Source of the DNA: Octopus sinensis
Taxonomy: Eukaryota
Reading direction: 5' to 3'
NCBI RefSeq assembly: GCF_006345805.1
Contig: NC_042999.1
Coordinates: 21,328,001-21,392,000, forward strand
Length of the DNA stretch: 64,000 nucleotides
Below the pieces are notes generated by a model. That model was not told the DNA's origin. It made no database searches and was given only the letters and a program-made list of their open reading frames with translations. How positions within the stretch are numbered: position 1 is the stretch's first letter; every line of letters begins with the position of its first letter. Positions 26,846-39,955 of the stretch are shown here, piece after piece. The position numbers were made by a program, and so were the translations under genes.

Positions 26846-27765
26846 ATAGAAGAGATGGTGGTGGTGATGATGATGTTGATGATGATGATGATGATGAGGA
26901 CGATGATAATGACGACGACGATGATGATGATGATGATTGATGATGGTGATGGATGTTAATGATGATGATGATGATGACGACGAAGATGATGATTATGATA
27001 ACGCTGATGATGAAAATGAAGATGCTGATGATACTGAGATGTTGATGATGATGTTGATGATGATATTCATAATAATGAGGATGATGAGGAGGGGAAGAGA
27101 AGAAGAAGGCTGAAGGAGAGGGGAGGAGGATGGCGATAACTAAATAAAGATAGAATATAACTAATAAGGACATAAATAAAGAAGAAAAAGAAGAAAAGAA
27201 GAAGAAGAAGAAGGAAGAGGAGGGAGAGGAGGGAAGAAGAAGAAGAAAAAGAAGAAGAAGAAGAAGAAGAAGAAAAGAAGATGAAGAAGAAGAAGAAGAA
27301 GAAAGAGGAGGGGGAGAGAGGAGAGCAGAAGCAGAATAGAAGAAAGCAGAAGAAGAAGATAAGAGATGAGAAGAAGAAGAAGACAAAGAGGAGGGAGAGG
27401 AGGAGAGATCAGAAGCAGAAGCAGAATAGAAGAAGAGGAAGAAGAGAGTAAGAAGAAGAATAAGAAGAATAAGAGACGAAGAAGAAGAAGAAGAGATAAA
27501 AGAAGAAGAAGAATAAGAAAGAATAAAGAAAAAAAGAAAAGAAGAAGAATAAGAAAAGAAGTAATCAAAAAAGAAGAAAGAAGGCAGAAGCAGAAGCAGA
27601 AGAAGAATAAGAAAAGAAGAAGAAAAAGAAGACTACTAAGAATAAGAAGAAGAAGAAGAAAAAATAAGAAAAGAAGAAAGAATAAAAAGAAGAAAAATAA
27701 TAAGATAGCAGAAGAAGAATAAAGCAAAGAATAATAAAAAAATAAAAGAAGAAGACAAAAGAAGA

Positions 27766-27796
<31 letters not shown>

Positions 27797-27830
27797 AAGA
27801 AGAAGAAGAAGAAGAAAATGGATATAAAGT
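24840..27830. repeat. ~3-kb compound triplet-repeat field (AAC, TTC, CTC, ATT, AGT, AGC, CAT/CGT, GAT/GAC, GAG/GAA)
   Basis: Direct reading. Source of the poly-L, poly-S, poly-H and poly-M ORFs. Confidence 0.95.
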
Positions 27831-28299
27831 TTTGTTTTTTGTGGGGTTTTTTTGGTTTCTTTAAATAAAGAAAAATGGGCGGAACTCACTTCTTGAAATT
27901 TGCATCTTATTTTATTCTTCGAAATTAAATATTCTTGTTTTATTCCTCTTTTATATTCGCCACCAACGCCAAGTAACGAAAAATCACTGTTACCTCCCTT
28001 TACTCTAACTTCTCAATGTTTCGATCAAGATTAATTACCCCGATGTCCTTGAGCTATCAACACTGTTCTTATTGCATCGCGCGTTCTTTTATATCCACCA
28101 TTTTTTTTTCCTTCTTATTTTCATATAGGCATGTGTGGGAAATTATGCATGTGAATATGGATGTATGGGTGTATCCTTGTCTGTATGAGCGCAGGTTTGC
28201 GGCACATAAAATTGAATACATACTACATCTTCGCACGCTCTCAGTACATGTATGTCTGTGTGTGTATATGTGTGTGCATGCAGAAGTATACAAGAAAAC

Positions 28300-28309
28300 A
28301 CACACACGG

Positions 28310-28379
<70 letters not shown>

Positions 28380-28457
28380 GTACACATAGGTTATATATCT
28401 ATATATCTATATATATATACTGATATATTACACACGCATACGCGTACACGTACACAC

Positions 28458-28504
<47 letters not shown>

Positions 28505-28592
28505 GGTATGTATGTGTGTATATCTATATATATATACATATATACTTATATATTACACACATACATACATATTCGTATATATATATAGACAT

Positions 28593-28638
<46 letters not shown>

Positions 28639-29043
28639 TTATATGTTACACACGCACACGCGCGTGCACACACACACACATATACTATTTTAATCTTTTC
28701 TTGCTTTTTTTCAGTTATGCGGTTTTTCTAATTTATAAACGTAGTAATCAAAAATTTTAAATAAATTGCAAAGAACTCATCAAAGCCTTCTACATTTCTC
28801 TTCAAATTTATCAATTTAGTCAGTTTCTTTTAGTATTTTTCGTTTCTGATTTTATGTTTTTACTCAGTCTCATGTTTATGCTATGTACTGTACTAGCTAC
28901 ATGTCAGCATTATATTAAAAAAATGATTTATTCCTGCGCCATAAATATACATATATTTTTTTGTATTTGCAATTTAGTTGTTTTTAAGGTCAATAGGTAG
29001 AGCTTGCTGTTTCGACTTCTGTATTCTGTTACTACTTTATGCT

Positions 29044-29089
<46 letters not shown>

Positions 29090-29164
29090 ATCATATATAT
29101 ATACGTATACATATGCATATGTATATATATATGTATATATATATATATATGTATATATACATGT

Positions 29165-29200
<36 letters not shown>
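28300..29200. repeat. (CA)n/(TA)n microsatellite cluster
   Basis: Direct reading. Confidence 0.9.
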
Positions 29201-29715
29201 GCACATAGGTATTGATATATGTGGGTGCATGCGAGTGCGCGTGTGTGTATGTACGTGTGTTATTAGAGTAGGAAGGTTCAAAATTAATTAAGCACCACCG
29301 TGTAATTTGGTACACCTTTGACCACCTTAAATACCGCAGTCATTAATTTACTTTAAATGTTGCTTAGCAGTTTGATCAGCGGGGATTTTTGCGGAAAAAA
29401 AAAAGAAGCACATTTCTTTCCTGTGACATTCACTCTAGGGTATAATATGATAGAAATGAATGGGGAAAATGTAGTGTTTACTGTTTGATTCAGTTGAAGG
29501 GTTTAACGAGTTGCCCCTTACGAGACAATTACGACCTTGTGATAATAATGCTCCAAGATATTTCTTGGTCTGTTCAAGATTTATATTCTTTTTATGAGGT
29601 ATTTTATCGTAATTTACAAATCTTCAAGTGCATTTAAGTTTAAACTTTCTTCTTATCATATTTTCTGCTTGATTTTGTTGTTAAATGTTTAATAAATTCA
29701 ATTTGAGGAAAGTAT

Positions 29716-29870
29716 CGGTGCAGACACGGCTGATGAACCGTCTTTTTCGTTACCACATGATTGCAAGTTCGGCGCAATACGAATGCACCTTGGGTAAGTG
29801 TCCTTTACTATGGCTATTCCCATGGCTGATCAAAGCCTTCTGAATGGATTCGGCAGGCGGAATCTGAAAG
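29716..29870 (+). mobile_element. Old SINE family A 5' fragment
   Basis: ttaccacatgattgcaagttc...cttgggtaagtgtcc...caaagccttctgaatggattcgg is diverged from the A consensus. Confidence 0.65.
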
Positions 29871-29901
29871 TGGTCTTCCTCTCTCTCACACACACACATA
29901 A

Positions 29902-29944
<43 letters not shown>

Positions 29945-30010
29945 CATTCGCTATGATGGATCCGTAGACACTACACATTCTTTACTTTTTCTCTTGTTTC
30001 TTTCTCTGTT

Positions 30011-30049
30011 TCTTTCTGTGGAAGAGCGTAGGATCGAAACGTTAAAGAC
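30011..30049 (+). other. Second hammerhead-like motif (same family as 13501-13538)
   Basis: tcttt CTGTGGA a gag-cgtagg-atc GAAAC GTT aaaga. Flanking sequence 29980-30120 also resembles the reverse complement of 13430-13580. Confidence 0.45.
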
Positions 30050-30155
30050 TTTTTCACTTTCCAAGCGTTATACTAATACATCTGTTTGTTTTCTACACCG
30101 CCTGTTTTATGTTTTTTTTTTGTCAATTCTCCCTATATATATATATATATATATA

Positions 30156-30522
30156 CTCGTTTTTTACTCTTTTACTTGATTCAGTCATTTGACTGCGGCC
30201 ATGCTGGAGCACTGCCTTTAGTCGAAGAAATCGACACCAGGACCTATTCTTTGTTGTCCTAGTACTTATTATATAGGTCTCTTTTGCCGCTAAGTTACCC
30301 GGATGTAAACACACCAGCATCAGTTGTCAAGTGATGTTGGGGGACAAACACAGACACACAAACAAACACACACACACAAACACACACACCCACACACACA
30401 CAAAGATATATATATATATACATATATGCGACGGGCTTCTCTCAGTTTCCGTCTATCAAATCCACTCACAAGGCGTTGGTCGGCCGGAGGCTATAGTAGA
30501 ATCTGATAAGCAAGCTACTTAC
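30156..30522 (-). mobile_element. SINE family A with head deletion
   Basis: A tail and core are present, and most of the head is missing. Confidence 0.85.
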
Positions 30523-30659
30523 ACCTACTTACTACACAGCCACTTCTGTGTGTGTGTGTGTGTGTGTGTTTTCTTGTGTATAAAGTGTGCGTGGTAACGT
30601 GAGTTGTTAAGATGAGAATGGTTACTCATTTTAGCTCTTTACACTTTGTCTCGTTGTTT

Positions 30660-30860
30660 GTGTCTTTGTCCCTCAATACCACTATACAAACGGTGTTTGT
30701 TATGTGTACTTCTCCCGTAACTTAGTGGTTCGCCAAAAGATCCAATAGAATGACTACCAAATTTTAAATAGATAAGTACTGCGGTCGATTTGATCAGCTA
30801 AAATTACTTAACGCACTGTTCCACACATGGCCGTAGTGCAATGGTTGAAACAACTAAAAG
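30660..30860 (+). mobile_element. Old SINE family A-like 3' half
   Basis: cccgtaacttagtggttcgccaaaaga...gcggtcgatttg...catggccgtagt is a diverged A tail. Confidence 0.65.
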
Positions 30861-30884
30861 TTCAAAGAGTAATATATTCTCGCA

Positions 30885-31455
30885 TATTCTTTTCTACTCT
30901 AGGCAAAAGGCTGAAATTTTGCGGGAGAGGGCCAGTCGATTAGTTCGATCTAGTAGGCAACTGGTACTTAATTTCATCGACCCCGAAAGGATGAAAGGCA
31001 AAGTCGACTTCGGTGGAATTTGAACTCAGAACGCAACGGCAGGGGAAATACCGCTTAGCATTCCGTCCGGCGTGCTAACGTTTCTTATTTCTTTATTACA
31101 ATGGGCTAAACATAGAGGAGACAAACGGATTAAGTCGATTCCATCCACCTCAGTGCGTAACTGGTACTTAATTTATCGCACCCGAAAGGATGAAAGGCAA
31201 AGTCGACCTCGGCGGAATTTGAACTCAGAACGTAACGACAGACGAAATACCACTAACCATTTCATCCGGTTTCTGCCAGTTCGGCGCATTAATTCGTTTC
31301 CTTTTTAGACACAAGGGCCGAATTTTTGGGAGAGAGGGGCCAGTCAATTAGATCGATACCAGTACGCAACTGGTACTTAATTTATCAATCACGAAAAGAT
31401 AAAAGGCAAAGTCGACCTCGCCGGAATTTGAACTCAGAACGTAAAGGCAGACGAA
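30885..31455 (-). mobile_element. SINE family E multimer (~3 units)
   Basis: Three occurrences of aaaggcaaagtcgac...gaatttgaactcagaacg. Confidence 0.9.
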
Positions 31456-32563
31456 ACATATATGATCTGTTAAGAGCACGAACTCATGTTTATGAGAATC
31501 AGCAAATGAATTATACGGTTTGTGCTTTTAATTGTCAAACGGATTCTTGGGATGCGCATAACGAGGTTGAAACACTGCGACGTTTCAAAATCATCTTTAA
31601 CAGGTGACTTGCGTGTTCTGAACACACAAATATCTAAATGAAAGCGGTGTTCTCCGATGACGAAAACAACAGCATTCTGATACTCCCTTTCGAAACTGCC
31701 AGAACGTATCAAGAATAAATAGTCGTGTTATTTTTATTATTTGTTCTTATTTAATCATATCTAAACCGGGATTTATGTTTCGGTTATTGCAGCTAAACTG
31801 CTATTTAATTGCAATTTTCATGCATTCCAATTTGAAGGCTCTATTTCAGTACCATTTCAGATTTATAAAAGTACTTTGCAACGCATTACATTTGACTTAA
31901 CTTGAAAATCGATACTTTAATAGTCATTAGAAATTCCTCGCAAACTATATACGATGTAATTTACATATATATAAGTTCAAGTAATTTAATACACGTAATA
32001 CACACCAGAGTATTATTATTTCCGATTTCCTGGTAGCATGAGTTGTTAAGCTGAGAACAGTTAGTCATTTCCGCTATTTTCACTTTGAAAAAGAAAAAGA
32101 TACTTCAAATCTAATTTTCTTGTTTTCGTTTCGATTTATCTATGTCAAAAACTATCGTTTCCCGGATGATTCTTGCACAATAATAGAAAATTAAAATTAT
32201 CTCGAACAGTATGATGGCTATTACTTTCTATCTCCCACCAGTATTAGAGTCCCTATCATGACACTCATCACGTTCAACATTCTCCTATCGACATCACTAC
32301 CATTGCTTAAGGCAACATTTTTGCCAGTGTCACGTTTTTCCTTTTGATCACACGTTCATCTTATATAGTACAATAAACACTAAGCTAAAAACAGCAGTAT
32401 GTTTTGATATAACAAATACAATACATAAGAGGCAAACATTACTACAAGATTATTAACAGAAGATTATTTATATAAATAAGGGCACATTCCATCCTTCCAT
32501 AATCATTTAGCACTTCGTAGCAATATGAATAGATGAGTCAGTAATATATCATCAGATACCAAA

Positions 32564-32957
32564 TCTCTCTCTATATAACGCTGAAGTTGTCTGTGTATGG
32601 CAGGTTTGGTCGCCTTCAACTAACACTGTCTCCTCCGAGACCCTGCAGTGCAAGTTGAGCAAAATTGAGAGTATGATAGAAGAAGGCTTGCTCTTTCTTC
32701 CGTAGAAGAAAAAATTCAAATCGGACCATGTTAACACCAAAAATTATTTACATCAAAAAGGTGCTTTTTTTTTCTATGAAAATCCCTATATTTTACGATT
32801 TTTTGATTGCTGTGTCGCCATTTTTCGGTGTATTTCAACAAGGAAAATGTTTACTTTAAGAGAATAACAAGCTACATAATACAAAATTTTTATTTTTCAA
32901 AAATTCCAATTCTAAAGAGTCGAAACAAACCCGAGAAACGCCGGGAGATACTGCTAG
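32564..32957 (+). mobile_element. Non-autonomous Helitron, apparently complete
   Basis: A|TCtctctctatataacgctgaagttg start, subterminal hairpin cccgagaaacgccggg (32930-32945), CTAG|T end. Inserted between A and T with no TSD. Confidence 0.75.
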
Positions 32958-33149
32958 TTATCCGATAATATGTTTCTGTATTACAAAATCCCTGTAAAAT
33001 GAGGATTTTGAATGAAAACTATATTCTGTAGTATCACCCGCCACCACTGGACTCATGTAAGATGATGGAAACAAATATACCACGTGGTTCAATTAGACGA
33101 TAAGAATATATGCTGACGTTTCATGGAACTAGTAATATTAAGCTTTCCC

Positions 33150-33360
33150 ACAATGGGAGGAGGGGGAGGTGATGGAGGAGAAGAAGGTGAGAGGTCGGAG
33201 GCGGAGGAGAGGAGGATATGAAGGATGGGAGGAGGAGCAGGAGGAGTTGGAGAAGTAGGAGGTTGTGGAGGAAGAGGGGGTGGTGGTGGTGGAGGAGGAA
33301 GAAGAGGAGGGGAGTAGGAGGAGGAGGTGAAGGAGGAGAAGTGAAGGGGAGAGAGTAAAA
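33150..33360. repeat. (GGA)-rich purine tract
   Basis: Direct reading. Confidence 0.9.
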
Positions 33361-33926
33361 AGCGCCAAATTTTCAACTGGAATTTTGTGAAGATTAAGTT
33401 TTTAGTCGATATAGCTTATAAATATTCGGCCTCAGCATACAAGTCAGAAAACTCACCACAGACGCATAAAAACTATGTCAAGTCCTACCTGTTATTTTTG
33501 GTTATTTTTTTCTCGTATAATCAACCTGGCTTATCCGTCTCGAAGACCCTGCATTTTCCAGACATACTGTATAAAGTAATACGTACATTAACATTTTCAT
33601 ACTTCATGTTGTTAACACATTGAGGTTAGGCTTGATGGAAGAACATTAAAATAGCAACAACATTTACTATATCAGGACGCTGTTCGGAGTGACCCTCTAT
33701 CACACGTCACTTATTTCTATCTAAATAGCGTGCTAAAAGTGAAATTTTTTGAGAAATTACATATTTCTCTAAGTTAAGATATAATTGTTTTTATAATGAA
33801 TATGGGTACCCTGCCATCACTAATATCTAAAATACTAAAATAGACAATCAATCAATGGCTGTATCAATTTGCATTATGTTAAAAAACATCCAATGTTTAG
33901 CGAGAGGTGGTTCCGCAAAATGATAA

Positions 33927-34047
33927 GGCTTTAGTCGACCCGAGACTATAGTAGAAGACACTTGCCCAAGGTGCCACGCAGTGGGACTGTACCCGGAAGC
34001 ATGTGGTTGGTAAACAAGCTACTTACCACACAGCCACACCTACGGCT
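33927..34047 (-). mobile_element. SINE family A head fragment
   Basis: Matches the A head and core. Confidence 0.85.
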
Positions 34048-34289
34048 ATGTAATAAAAACATGTTTTCTCTAAGCTGACACTTTTTAATCACTATGACAT
34101 CTTTGTGGCCCCGACAGAAATTCTCTTCTAATCCAACGATTCAAATAATAGAATTCTTCTAGGAATTTCTTGATTTCGACATGCTTGAATCCGAAGATGT
34201 CGTCTAAGACTATAAGGGGATGGAAATATGTCACTGCTACATAACAAATGAGAAATTCATCTAAAAGTGATTATAACGATTATGAGAAA

Positions 34290-34770
34290 TTGATTGTGGT
34301 GGTGATGATGATGGCGATGACTACGATGCGAAAAATGGTGACCACAAAAACGAAAATGACAACGGCAGCGGAGGCGATGGCGGTGGCAATGACGACTGCG
34401 ATGATGATACTGATAATGGCCTGGCTGAGGGTGATGTTGATGAAGAGAAAGTGTAGGAGAGAAGGCGGAGAACGGGTGAAGGACGAGGTGAAGGCGTAGG
34501 GGGTGAAGGAGGAGGAGAAGGAAGTGGAGAAGGAGGAGGTGGTGGAGGAAGTGGAGGAGGAGGAGGAAGTAGAGGATGTGGCGAAGGAGAAGGAGGAGGT
34601 GGTGAAGGAGGAAGAGTGAAGGGGAATCGGTGAAGAAGATGTCGATAATGAGGAGGATGAGGAAGTTGATGACGCTGGTGGTATTGATGATGAAGAGGTG
34701 AAGCAGTAGGAGAGGAAGTAAACAATAAAGGAGAAGAGGCATGGTAGGAGAGGGAAGAGAAAAATCGATA
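34290..34770. repeat. Degenerate (GAT/GAC) to (GAG/GAA) low-complexity tract
   Basis: Direct reading. Confidence 0.9.
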
Positions 34771-34811
34771 AAAGAAAGAATGGGTTTCACGGGGATTCTC
34801 ATGCCGATATA

Positions 34812-35380
34812 TCTCTTCTACTATAGGCACAAAACCTGAAATATGAGTGGGAGGGATTACATCGACCCCCAACGCTCAACTGATACTTTTTTTATGTATC
34901 CCAAGAGAATGAAAGACAAAGTCGGTCCGGTAGCATTTGAACTCAGAACATAAAGACAGATGAAATACCTATTTCATTACTGCCCACAAGGGGCTAAACA
35001 TAGAGGGGACAAACAAGGGCAGAGAGATTAAATCGATTATATTGACCCCAGTGCGTAACTGGTACTTATTTAATCGACCCCGAAAGGATGACAGGCAAAG
35101 TCGACTTCGGCGGAATTTGAACTCAGAACGTAACGGCAGACGAAATACCTATTTCTTTACTACCCACAAGGGGCTAAACACAGAGACGACAAACAAGAAC
35201 AGACAAACGGATTAACTCGATTAGATCGACCCCAGTGCTTAACTGCTACTTAATTTATCGACCCCGTAAGGATGAAAGGCAAAGTCGACCTCGACGGAAT
35301 TTGAACCCAGAACGTAACGGCAGACGAACTACCGCTAAGCATTTCGCCCGGCGCGCTAACGTATCTGCCAGCTCACCGCG
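34812..35380 (-). mobile_element. SINE family E trimer
   Basis: Three ~180-bp units ending in the head ...tctgccagctcaccgcg. Confidence 0.9.
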
Positions 35381-35593
35381 TTTCTTATGTTGACGTATAA
35401 ACGTTATTTAGTGTATGTCTAGTATCGTTCTGTTTGCATCCAGCCTAGAAGATTAGCATATAACTGTGATCGTCATGAGAACTTCTAAGACTGACAGAAG
35501 AGTGATATCAATAGTGTCATAAACCTGTAAACTACACCGAATACCTCCAACAGAAAACAATTCCCCGATAAAAAGACCGAAGAGAATTAAAAC

Positions 35594-35905
35594 TGTAGAC
35601 GAATAAAGTCTCTTACTTTATTAGGCAACAATGGGATTTGAACCACTAATGCAAAATCCGGAGCATATTACTGAGGTTATTTTGTTTTATTCCCAATTTA
35701 CTTCATCCATCCATCGCATGGGATTGGTATTTATTCATCGACTTTATTTGTATGATAGTTTTCCTACGGCGGTTTTCGGTTATTCTACCTTAAGCTTTCT
35801 CTTAGGTTATTTTATTTATTTGGGCTTTTCTCTGAGTAAGGGAGAATATAATGATTCAACGTCACTTATACTAAAGTGTTATCATTATATCTAAAACCCT
35901 AACTA
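35594..35905 (-). repeat. 3' LTR (~312 bp, first 2 nt lost)
   Basis: 35761-35905 matches 39971-40115 with 4 mismatches. On the minus strand it ends ...ctAATAAAgtaagagactttattcgtcTACA. Confidence 0.8.
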
Positions 35906-37470
35906 TCAGAATAAGTTCTTAATAAAGATTTCAACTGCCTATGGAACCTTTCTATCATTCCGTTAGATTGTGGGTGATATGAAGTTGTACGAATTCTATT
36001 AATCCCCAACAATTTGTTAAATTCTGCGAACAGGCTAGACTCAAATTGTCTACCACGATCTGTTGTCACTGTATTTGGGATGCCAAATCTAGACATCCAA
36101 TTGTTAAATAAAGTTTTCGCTATAGTTACTGCAGATACGTCTTTTATCGGATAAGCCTTCGGCCATCTCGAAAAGCGATCGATACACGTCAACAAATATA
36201 TATTATCCTGACATGGAGTTAAGGGTCCAACTATATCGATGTGGATATGTTGGAATCTCGCATCTGGATTTGCGAATGTACCTAATGGTGCTTTGATATG
36301 ACGCTGTACTTTTGATTTTTGACACTGCATACATGACTTTACCCAAGAACGAATATCTTTATTCATACCAGGCCAAACAAAACGACTTGATATCAACTTC
36401 AATGAAGCTTCTATACCTGGATGAGATAAATTACGTAAGCTAGAAAAAACATTATTTTAATGCTTTTCAGGCACAAATGGTCTCGAAAAACCTGTAGAAA
36501 TATCACACCAAATATGTGAATTACACGAATGGATCGGCGACATTTTAAATTTTAAAGAAGTTGAATTGGAATTTTTATATAAAGAAAATTCTTTATCTGC
36601 AACTTGATCCTTAGACATTTCTTCCAAATTTAGAGTGTTTAATGAATTTAATGCATCTACATTCATTCTAGAAAGTGCATCTGCTGCTGAATTTTCAACA
36701 CCCTTGATATAACGTATATCCACAGAAAATTGTGAAATAAAATCAAGGTGTCTAATTTATCTAGGAGAATACTTCTCCGAAGAACTTTTTAACGCATATG
36801 TTAATGGTTTATGGTCAGTGAATAAAGTAAATGACCTACCTTCAAGAAGATGTCTGAAATGTTTAATTGACAAATAAGCTGCCAACAATTCTCTGCCGAA
36901 CACACTGTATTTATTTTCTGGTGCTTTGAATATTTTTGAAAAAAATGCTAATGGTTGCCAGGAATTACAATGAAATTGCTGTAGAACGCCACCGATTCCA
37001 ACATCGGAAGCATCAATTATCAATGATAATTCTGCTTGTGGAACCTGATGGTTTAAAAGTGTTGCTTTACACAGTTTCTCTTTAATTTTTCTAAAAGCTT
37101 GTAATTCTATTTCTTTTAAAGTTATGGCTTCATTTTTTTTTCTTTCTATTTTTCAATAGCTCAGTTAAGGGATATAGGGTTTCAGTGACTTTAGGAATAA
37201 AATTTCTGTAAAAATTAACTATCCCTAAAAATTCTCTGAGCTTCCTTAAATTATTCGGTACAGGAAAGTCTCTTATTGCTTCAACTTTTTCTGGTAATGG
37301 TCGAATTCCATCTTTATCTATAAGATGACCCAGATACGATATAGTGGGTTCACCAAAAACACACTTCGTTGGATTTATCACAATGCCAAAATTCGTCAAT
37401 CTTTCGAAAATGTTTTTTAAATTTTCTTCATGTGCTTCTTCTGGTGGACTAGCAATGAGAATATCATCTA

Positions 37471-37840
37471 CACTACCGTCAGAAATTAATTAGCACCCTT
37501 GATTTGCTCTTCACTCAAGGTATGTGCTGTCACCTAGTGGCCATATCTCGAACTATTGCTTTGTTGCGAGTTCACTGTTGCGCAGAACGATGACGTAACT
37601 TTGTTTGCAGAGCAGTTTGAGAGTCTACAGCCTTATGATGTTGACATAGCAGTGCACAACAACTTGAAGTGCGGATGCAGACAAATTCCTTTGTTTAATA
37701 GATATAGGTAGCGCTCGCAAGGACCGAAATCACCATACTAAGTTTTCTCATCGCGTAAGACGTTTTGAACAGCTCATAGGTTAATTGATTTAACCTATTT
37801 AATGTAGATTTGAGAGTGCTAATTATTTCTGACGCAAGTG
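37471..37840. mobile_element. 370-bp Tc1/mariner-type MITE with TA target duplication
   Basis: TIRs CACTACCGTCAGAAATTAATTAGCAC and (reverse complement) CACTTGCGTCAGAAATAATTAGCAC. TA at 37469-37470 and 37841-37842. Excision restores RT codons GCT TAT ATA GAT GAT. Confidence 0.95.
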
Positions 37841-38795
37841 TATATAAGCAAATACGAAAGGTAAATCTCTTGTCACTTCGTCCATAAATCTTTGGAAAGT
37901 GTTTGCTGCGTTCCTCAATCCGAAAGGCATGAAATTCAAATAAACCAAATGGAGTGGTAGTCGCTCTCTTCGGTATATCATTTTCTGCAACAGGAATTTT
38001 ATTGTATGCTCTGACTAAATCAATTTTTGAAAAAATAGTACAACCACTCAAAGAATTTGCAAAGTCCATAATGTGGGGTATCGGATATTTGTCTGCTTTT
38101 GTTTTTGCATTAAGTTGCCTGAAGTCTCCACAAGGTCGCCAGTCTATAAGATTTTTCTTTACCATAACTAATGGTATTGACCAGCTACTACTGGAAGGAC
38201 GGATTATACCTAGATCCATCATATGCCGAAATTCTGCCTTAGCCACCTTCAATTTTTCAGGAGATAATCTTCTCGGCTTAGAAAAACTTGGTGGTCCTTG
38301 TGTGACGATGTGATGTTCTACCGAATGCACACACTTGGTATTTAGAGCTAACTGTTTCGTGATATTCGGATAATTCTTCAAGATCCTGTGATATCTATTT
38401 TCCGAGGACGCTATGAAATACAATGGACTAACTGTGCTTTTTCTGCATCTCATTCCTTGAATTTTTAATGAAGTTTCTGTGTCTATCAATTTTTGTTTGT
38501 TCACATCTACCATTAAATGATAGTGTGCCAAAAAATCCGCTCCTAATATTGGATATGGTAAATCTGCTACTATGAAGATCCATTTATGTTCTCTTCTTAA
38601 ATTTATATCTAGAGTTAAGCTAATCTCTCCAAATGTTTGGATTTCAGATTGATTAACTGCTTGAAGAGTCAAATATACAGGTTTGTTTTTTTGCTTTAAA
38701 AGCTTTACAGGCCAAATTGAACAAGCTGCTCCTATATCAACTAAAAACATTTCTTTTGAGTTTAAGTCATAGACGAAAAATACGCGACTTTTAAT

Positions 38796-38846
38796 GATGC
38801 TATCCACAGATTTCGTCGCACCCAATCTGCGGTTCAGAAGTTTCCC
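38796..38846 (-). promoter_or_regulatory. Putative -1 programmed ribosomal frameshift signal at gag-pol
   Basis: G GGA AAC, 7-nt spacer, stem ccgcagatt/aatctgtgg, and loop ggtgc complementary to downstream gcatc. The -1 frame continues into pol. Confidence 0.7.
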
Positions 38847-39672
38847 GAATTTCCCTTTTTTTGTTGTTTAGGAAATCAAATGCACAAGGTTTAATACATT
38901 TGAATGATTTGTCTCCAAATTTTGCATGGTACCAACATATGGCGTTTCTCTTGAAGCTAGGGCTCCTTGATCTCCTGCGCCATCTTCTCCTATTTCGTTG
39001 AGCCGAGTGACTGTTTCTTTCGAGTTGCAAACTCTCTATTTTTTTTGTTAATAATTCAAATTGTTTTTCATAGCAATCTTTTAATTCCTGTATTTCATTC
39101 GAAATGGATGGAATTGCATTTACAGATTCTTTTGACGATAATTCCAGAATACCGTCTGCTAAATATGTCAACTGTTGAATGGAGTTTTGGTTTTTAACGG
39201 CCGAAAGCAAAGTTTAAGTTTTATATGGCAATTTAGTGAAGAACACTTCTTTGAGATAAGATTCTTCTATCTGCTGATTTCCCAGAAGTTCATTCATTCT
39301 TCGCAGGAGTTGTGTGGGTTTTTTATTACCCAATTCTTCATTGTTGAATAACTTCACAAACTCGTTTTGTTTCGAATTTGATGTTCGTTTCAATATTTCT
39401 TCTTTAATGGAAGAATGAGAAACTGGTTCTATAGGGTTTAGTAGCAAATCTCTAATTTCATTACTTAGAGGTGGAGGTAAATTGCTAAGCATTATATTGT
39501 ATTTCTGTTCTTCATTTGTAACTTTGTTAGCTTTAAAGCTTGCCTCCAGTTGTACCAACCAAATTACGGTGTCTCCAGTCCACGGAGGACTAGGCAATAC
39601 ATTCACAGAAGCTTGTGTGTAATTTCTATCGAAATATGACATCTCAAATTCTTTTAAATTCTGCTCCATCAT
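38800..39672 (-). pseudogene. gag: gag pseudogene (one in-frame TAA; probable 1-nt insertion near the 3' end)
   Basis: IWLVQLEASF...EELGNKKPTQLLRRM...KLPYKT*TLLSAVK...CWYHAKFGDKSFKCIKPC. ORFs 39214..39672 and 38800..39210 are in the same frame. Confidence 0.92.
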
Positions 39673-39955
39673 ATGTATGAATATTTTCTCAAAGGAAAAT
39701 TTTTTTTTAACAGCTCAAAATATTTTTATATTGCTAGAAAGTGCAGCTAAAATTTTCTTCCCTAAAGTTTCTTCTTCAGCGTTCTTTTTTGTTTCAACTT
39801 ACTTTTAAGTATTTGTTAATAAAATATTTATGCAATAATTCTGTAATTTATGTTTATTATATTATTAAATTTTCCACCAGTTTGTTGGTGTTTATAATTG
39901 TTTTCTTTTATTTAAAAAAACTTTTCTCTATAGGTTTTCCTATAGGGTGTTTTAA

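Larger units (their letters stand above)
35899..38846 (-). pseudogene. pol: pol pseudogene (protease, RT, RNase H, integrase) with frameshifts, MITE insertion and truncated integrase
   Basis: FLVDIGAACS (protease). WRPCGDFRQLN and FSKIDLVRAY (RT). DASDVGIGGVL and TDHKPL (RNase H). HPG...[21 protein letters not shown] and [12 protein letters not shown] (integrase). Confidence 0.95.

Noticed and set aside
34812-35380. Regularly repeated SINE E units as a CRISPR-like array
   Set aside because: The ~180-bp units repeat in full with no unique spacers, there are no cas genes, and the context is eukaryotic.
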